From the human T2T-CHM13v2.0 reference genome, Homo sapiens: DNA of 64,000 nucleotides. Position numbers and translations under genes: made by a program. Location of the stretch: NCBI RefSeq assembly GCF_009914755.1, contig NC_060931.1; one strand, 5' to 3'. The stretch's first letter is position 1. Each line of letters opens with the position of its first letter. Below, piece by piece: positions 59,320 to 64,000 of the stretch. The notes under the pieces were generated by a model. That model was not told the origin of the DNA, did not search any database, and saw nothing but the letters and a program-made list of their open reading frames with translations.

Positions 59320-59780
59320 CTGTTGTGGACTGGCCACCCACAGTGGAGTGATGGATATTCACCATTTGCTGCCCCAGCTGCCTCTCCAGCCTTCCCTGCC
59401 CTCTTTTCTGCTCTGTGAGGCTGAGCTATTTGGACTGCATCAGTGGCTCCCATGTCTTCTGGCTTCCAATCAGACTTCTCCAGATAGACCCACCAGCAGA
59501 AGATCTAGAGGTCAAGGTGAAGTGGGCAGTCGCTGTATTTATGTCCCTGGCTTGCTCTCTGCCAGGTGAGCACAGGTTGCTTGCTTCCTCTTTGCAAATA
59601 TCACTCCTATCACGTAACCCTTTCCAAGTAGTTCTTTTTCTGGTACTGTTTTTCCTTTTTATCTTCTTTTCCTTTTTATCTTCAGCTCAAGAATTGGTTT
59701 CTCATAAACCTAGTGCACTATTTGTGAAAGAGCCCTCCATTCAACTCTCCACTAATTACCCAGTTTCAGTATTGCTCCTA
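59320..59780. mobile_element. Old ERVL-type LTR (LTR33-like); a similar relic may lie at about 48800-49260
   Basis: TG start and ccctcttttctgctctgtgaggctgagctatttggactgcatcagtggctccc. Family assignment from memory only. Confidence 0.5.
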
Positions 59781-60331
59781 TATAATTAGTGTAATATTCT
59801 AATTATCATACTAAATATACGAATTAGTATAATAAAAATTATACTAATTATACAATTGTTAGAAAAAAAAAACACCCATACCAGAAAAGACTACAAAAAG
59901 AACAAGAACAAGACACAGATATAGTCTGAGAAGGCATAGAAGAAACAGTTGAAGTACATTTCAGAGAGAGAGAGCACACGTGCAATGGCTTGGTGGTACA
60001 AAAGAAGCAAGGGAGAGCCGATGCTGTGCTTCACTTGTCAGCTGCTTGAGCTAGAAAGCAAAGATGAGAGCAGGGAAGGCTAGAGAACCAGACAGAACCT
60101 CAACTTTACAGGCCAAATAAGGACAGAGATTTTGATCCTAAGAGCAATGGGGAAATACTGAATATTCCCCTTGGACTTCCAGGCCTAGGTAAGGGATTGT
60201 CATCTTGCAGACAATCCCTGAGAGCCTTCTACCACAGTCAGAACTAGGAGGCTCTAGCACATGATAACCACTCAATAAATGTTCACTCGATCAGTGAATA
60301 AAGAATAAGTAACCCACGTATGGACAGTTTA

Positions 60332-60883
<552 letters not shown>

Positions 60884-61491
60884 TTATTCTAGAGATGAGT
60901 TAACAAGGGCCATCACAAAATCAGGTGATGAAGATTCTTGCCATAAGCACAATAGATTTTTCTGTTAAACTTCACTAATTTGAGGTAGAGTTATTTGGAA
61001 TTCATAAGATGAGTAAAAGAGAGACCTATTTTGATTTGTTTAGAATGAGAAATACAACCTTCTTTCTTTTATGCATAAGGTACAGCACAAATCATGTGCC
61101 AACCAAAGGTGACAAGCAGAAGCTTTGTTTTTATTTGCATTACAAACTCAGTGTGGCCTGATTTACACAAGAAATGATAAGCATAATTTTAACTGGTCCG
61201 CACATCATTTAATAATAAGCAGGAATGCATGGCTAAAACCTGTTTGAAAATATACTTACACTATAAATTTCCTTCCTTAATGCAAGCAAACAAAATTAAA
61301 ATACAAGGTGATCTCAATATTGTGGCAACTGAGTATGCACTAATATCACAATAATGATGTCTTTGTATATTCAGATATTTTGTGATAATGGAGATGATCA
61401 TTTTACTCATAAGTAAGACGGATATCCACAAGTTGCTACTGTCTCTTTTTTACCTAAACACAAAACTCCTCAGTGAACCAAAAAAGTATAA

Positions 61492-61902
<411 letters not shown>

Positions 61903-62118
61903 TGATACTCATTTATTCTTGAGGTTCAAACAAATGTGCATCAGTTTTCTTAGTGACATAAATGATGATTTTTTTTCTTGTTTTTCCTAAGCAACTCTAT
62001 AATTCATAAAATGTGTAACTTGATAAAGCAGGAGAAAAAGTTAACTAAAGTCCTGTGAATTGAATAAACTCTGTGACTAAAATACATTTCATTTTAATAA
62101 AACAGTTATATTGCTCAC

Positions 62119-62230
62119 CAAAGAGGCCATGGTAAATCCAATGACTTCAATATAACCATCATCATGACGCTGAGGTTCGAAATCATGGTGATCACCTGGG
62201 TTTCCCCAGGGCATTGTGCCAGCACAATAT
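62119..62230 (-). CDS. DGKI: DGKI coding exon (112 nt): (R)[37 protein letters not shown]
   Basis: tcttgcag|ATATTGT...TCTTTG|gtgagc, phase 2 to phase 0. Contains the DGK accessory motifs YCAG and DDGxIEV. Embedded in ORF 62089..62358. Confidence 0.98.
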
Positions 62231-62679
62231 CTGCAAGAGAAGATTAAAGACAGAAGTAAATATGTCCCATCCTTCTCATGACTATCATGAGGTGTTAGTT
62301 TGTAGTTAGACCCAATGTTTATCAAACATAAAAACAGTTTTCCATTCTTGGTACACACCTTCCATTAGAAAAGGAAATGCACTTCTTATCATCTACAAAA
62401 TACCAAGCTGTGAAAACGGGCCATAATTTTGCAACAAAAGTATCCTGTGGTATCCAACTTTCTCCTCGTTCGTTATCTATATTTCTCACTATGATTCATG
62501 TATGTCTGTTTTCTATGATATATCATGAATTATCTATAGGTGGTTTCAGAATTTGGTCTTAAAGGAAGATGTATGCATGCCAGTAGAAAAGAGACAGGGA
62601 AATGAAGTGGGAAGCATTTGCCATTAATACATAAGCAAAATAAGAGGTACTCACAGGAGAAGGGAAAGGTAACTATGGA

Positions 62680-62855
62680 AGACAGAGTGAAGAAGAGATG
62701 AAATATAGATAAGAGATTAGAAAGAGAATGGGAAACAGAAGAAATTGGAGAAATAGAGGAAGAAGAATACAGATGGAAAGAGGGAGAAGCAAGAAAAGAC
62801 AGAAGAAGGACAAGAGAGGAAGAAGGACAAGAGAGGAAGGACAAGAGAAAGAATA
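62680..62855. repeat. GA-rich tract with three gaaggacaagaga units
   Basis: ...gaaggacaagagaggaa gaaggacaagagag gaaggacaagagaaag. Confidence 0.8.
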
Positions 62856-63708
62856 ATAAAGCAAAGTAATAAACAATGCTTTCTGAGAATCAAGGCCTTC
62901 TACTTCAATTAAGCTGTAAATATTTCTGGAATAAAATTGTAACTGACTATATTGAGCACTGCCAAGAATAATCAGGAGACTATGATGTGTTTTCCTAGCC
63001 ACAGATTTACATACAACTCTCATTTCAATTAAATTCAGTCTAAATACAATGTATTTGCAGATTTTGTGTCTGAGTTGTTTGGCAGGCAAATAAATGGTTA
63101 TAGATCCATCCCTTCCAAAATCTTGGCTTCAGGGCCTAGAACATAATTTATGCCACTGAGATAATATGTTTATTTTGAGTCTAGTTATCTTAAATATCCC
63201 TTTCTCCTGAAGTGCGTAATAGCACCATGGAGAGTTGACATCCTGGCTAGAAAACAATACTCTAACTCATCCTATTTTTCAAAGAAATCATCTGGCAACA
63301 ATTTTGAATGAATTCCGCACTTGAATCAGACTGGATGGTTTTTCAACAGTTTTTAGGAAACTGAGAACAAAAAAAGTGTTTCAATTCTCTCATTCTTAGA
63401 TGGGGAGGAAGAGGGGAAGAACAGTAATTTAGAAATAAATTAAGATGTTCCAGTCAAGAGGGGTGCCTGGGTTTCTTAAAGATGGGTAAGTACAGACAAT
63501 GCATGCCACATGACGCACAAAACCACCAACCACAAAGAACACTAAATAAACCAAATCGGAGAATGAATTATCAGACCTAGAAATCTTTAATTACCCATTT
63601 AGATAACTGATCTTCATTGTTTACATCTGAAACTTTTCTGTTATGAAAACAGATAACCTCAAGTCAGAGTTCACGTCAAACCAAGGAAACAATACAAACA
63701 GAGCCTAC

Positions 63709-63782
63709 CTGGGTATATTTAAAAATACTATACACTGGAACTTCAGTTCCTGAATCTTTGGGGTGAGATCTGTTCCATCACA
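63709..63782 (-). CDS. DGKI: DGKI coding exon (74 nt), catalytic-accessory domain: [24 protein letters not shown](R)
   Basis: Minus strand reads tgtttcag|TGTGATGGA...ATACCCAG|gtaggc. It has 24 codons plus AG, which joins the A of the next exon to give Arg. The peptide matches DGK iota as I recall it. Confidence 0.97.
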
Positions 63783-64000
63783 CTGAAACAATGAAAACAG
63801 AAAAGGGGTTTTGAAGTAGTCACAAGTCTAAAAACCTATGAAAGATAACTAGTTTGACAATAGTACACACCATGGTCTCTTTCTCCTTGCCCTATCTCTG
63901 CTTAAGTGAATGCCGGTCACAGTGATTAAAAATATATTCTGGTTATAGCTTTACTGGACCCAGGGTACAGAGGTTGGTTTTGTTCGCACTTAAGGTAAGA

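Noticed and set aside
59060-59789. 169-aa and 124-aa plus-strand ORFs
   Set aside because: They run through decayed repeat or LTR-like sequence, with no domain or splice support.

Overview
AT-rich, repeat-dense primate genomic DNA, almost certainly human because it carries an AluYa5 insertion. The whole window lies inside the minus-strand gene DGKI (diacylglycerol kinase iota). Four coding exons (74, 112, 200 and 101 nt) splice in frame through GT-AG introns. They encode the C-terminal catalytic-accessory region (...CDGTDLTPK...NIPRYCAG...DDGYIEV...PMQVDGEP...KEKLREA). A fifth, symmetric 63-nt cassette exon (IHQVQTADLRRVSAPPGSFT) sits at 37113-37175 behind a 222-nt AG-free, CpG- and YGCY-rich region, with a candidate microexon 366 nt further upstream. 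The introns hold 14 Alus, old L1/L2/MIR relics, MaLR/ERVL solo LTRs, Tigger/MER2 relics and STRs. They also hold a young RPL41 retrocopy with an intact ORF that the ORF track missed. Unexplained structures include a near-perfect 66-nt hairpin (17581-17646), a CpG-rich orphan insertion flanked by 13-bp direct repeats (55746-55900) and an 88-bp dispersed duplication with a fold-back junction. Almost all listed ORFs are spurious. I see no evidence for a wholly new gene system; the best leads concern splicing regulation and insertion or repair scars. Repeat subfamily names and comparisons to known sequences come from memory, not from database searches.
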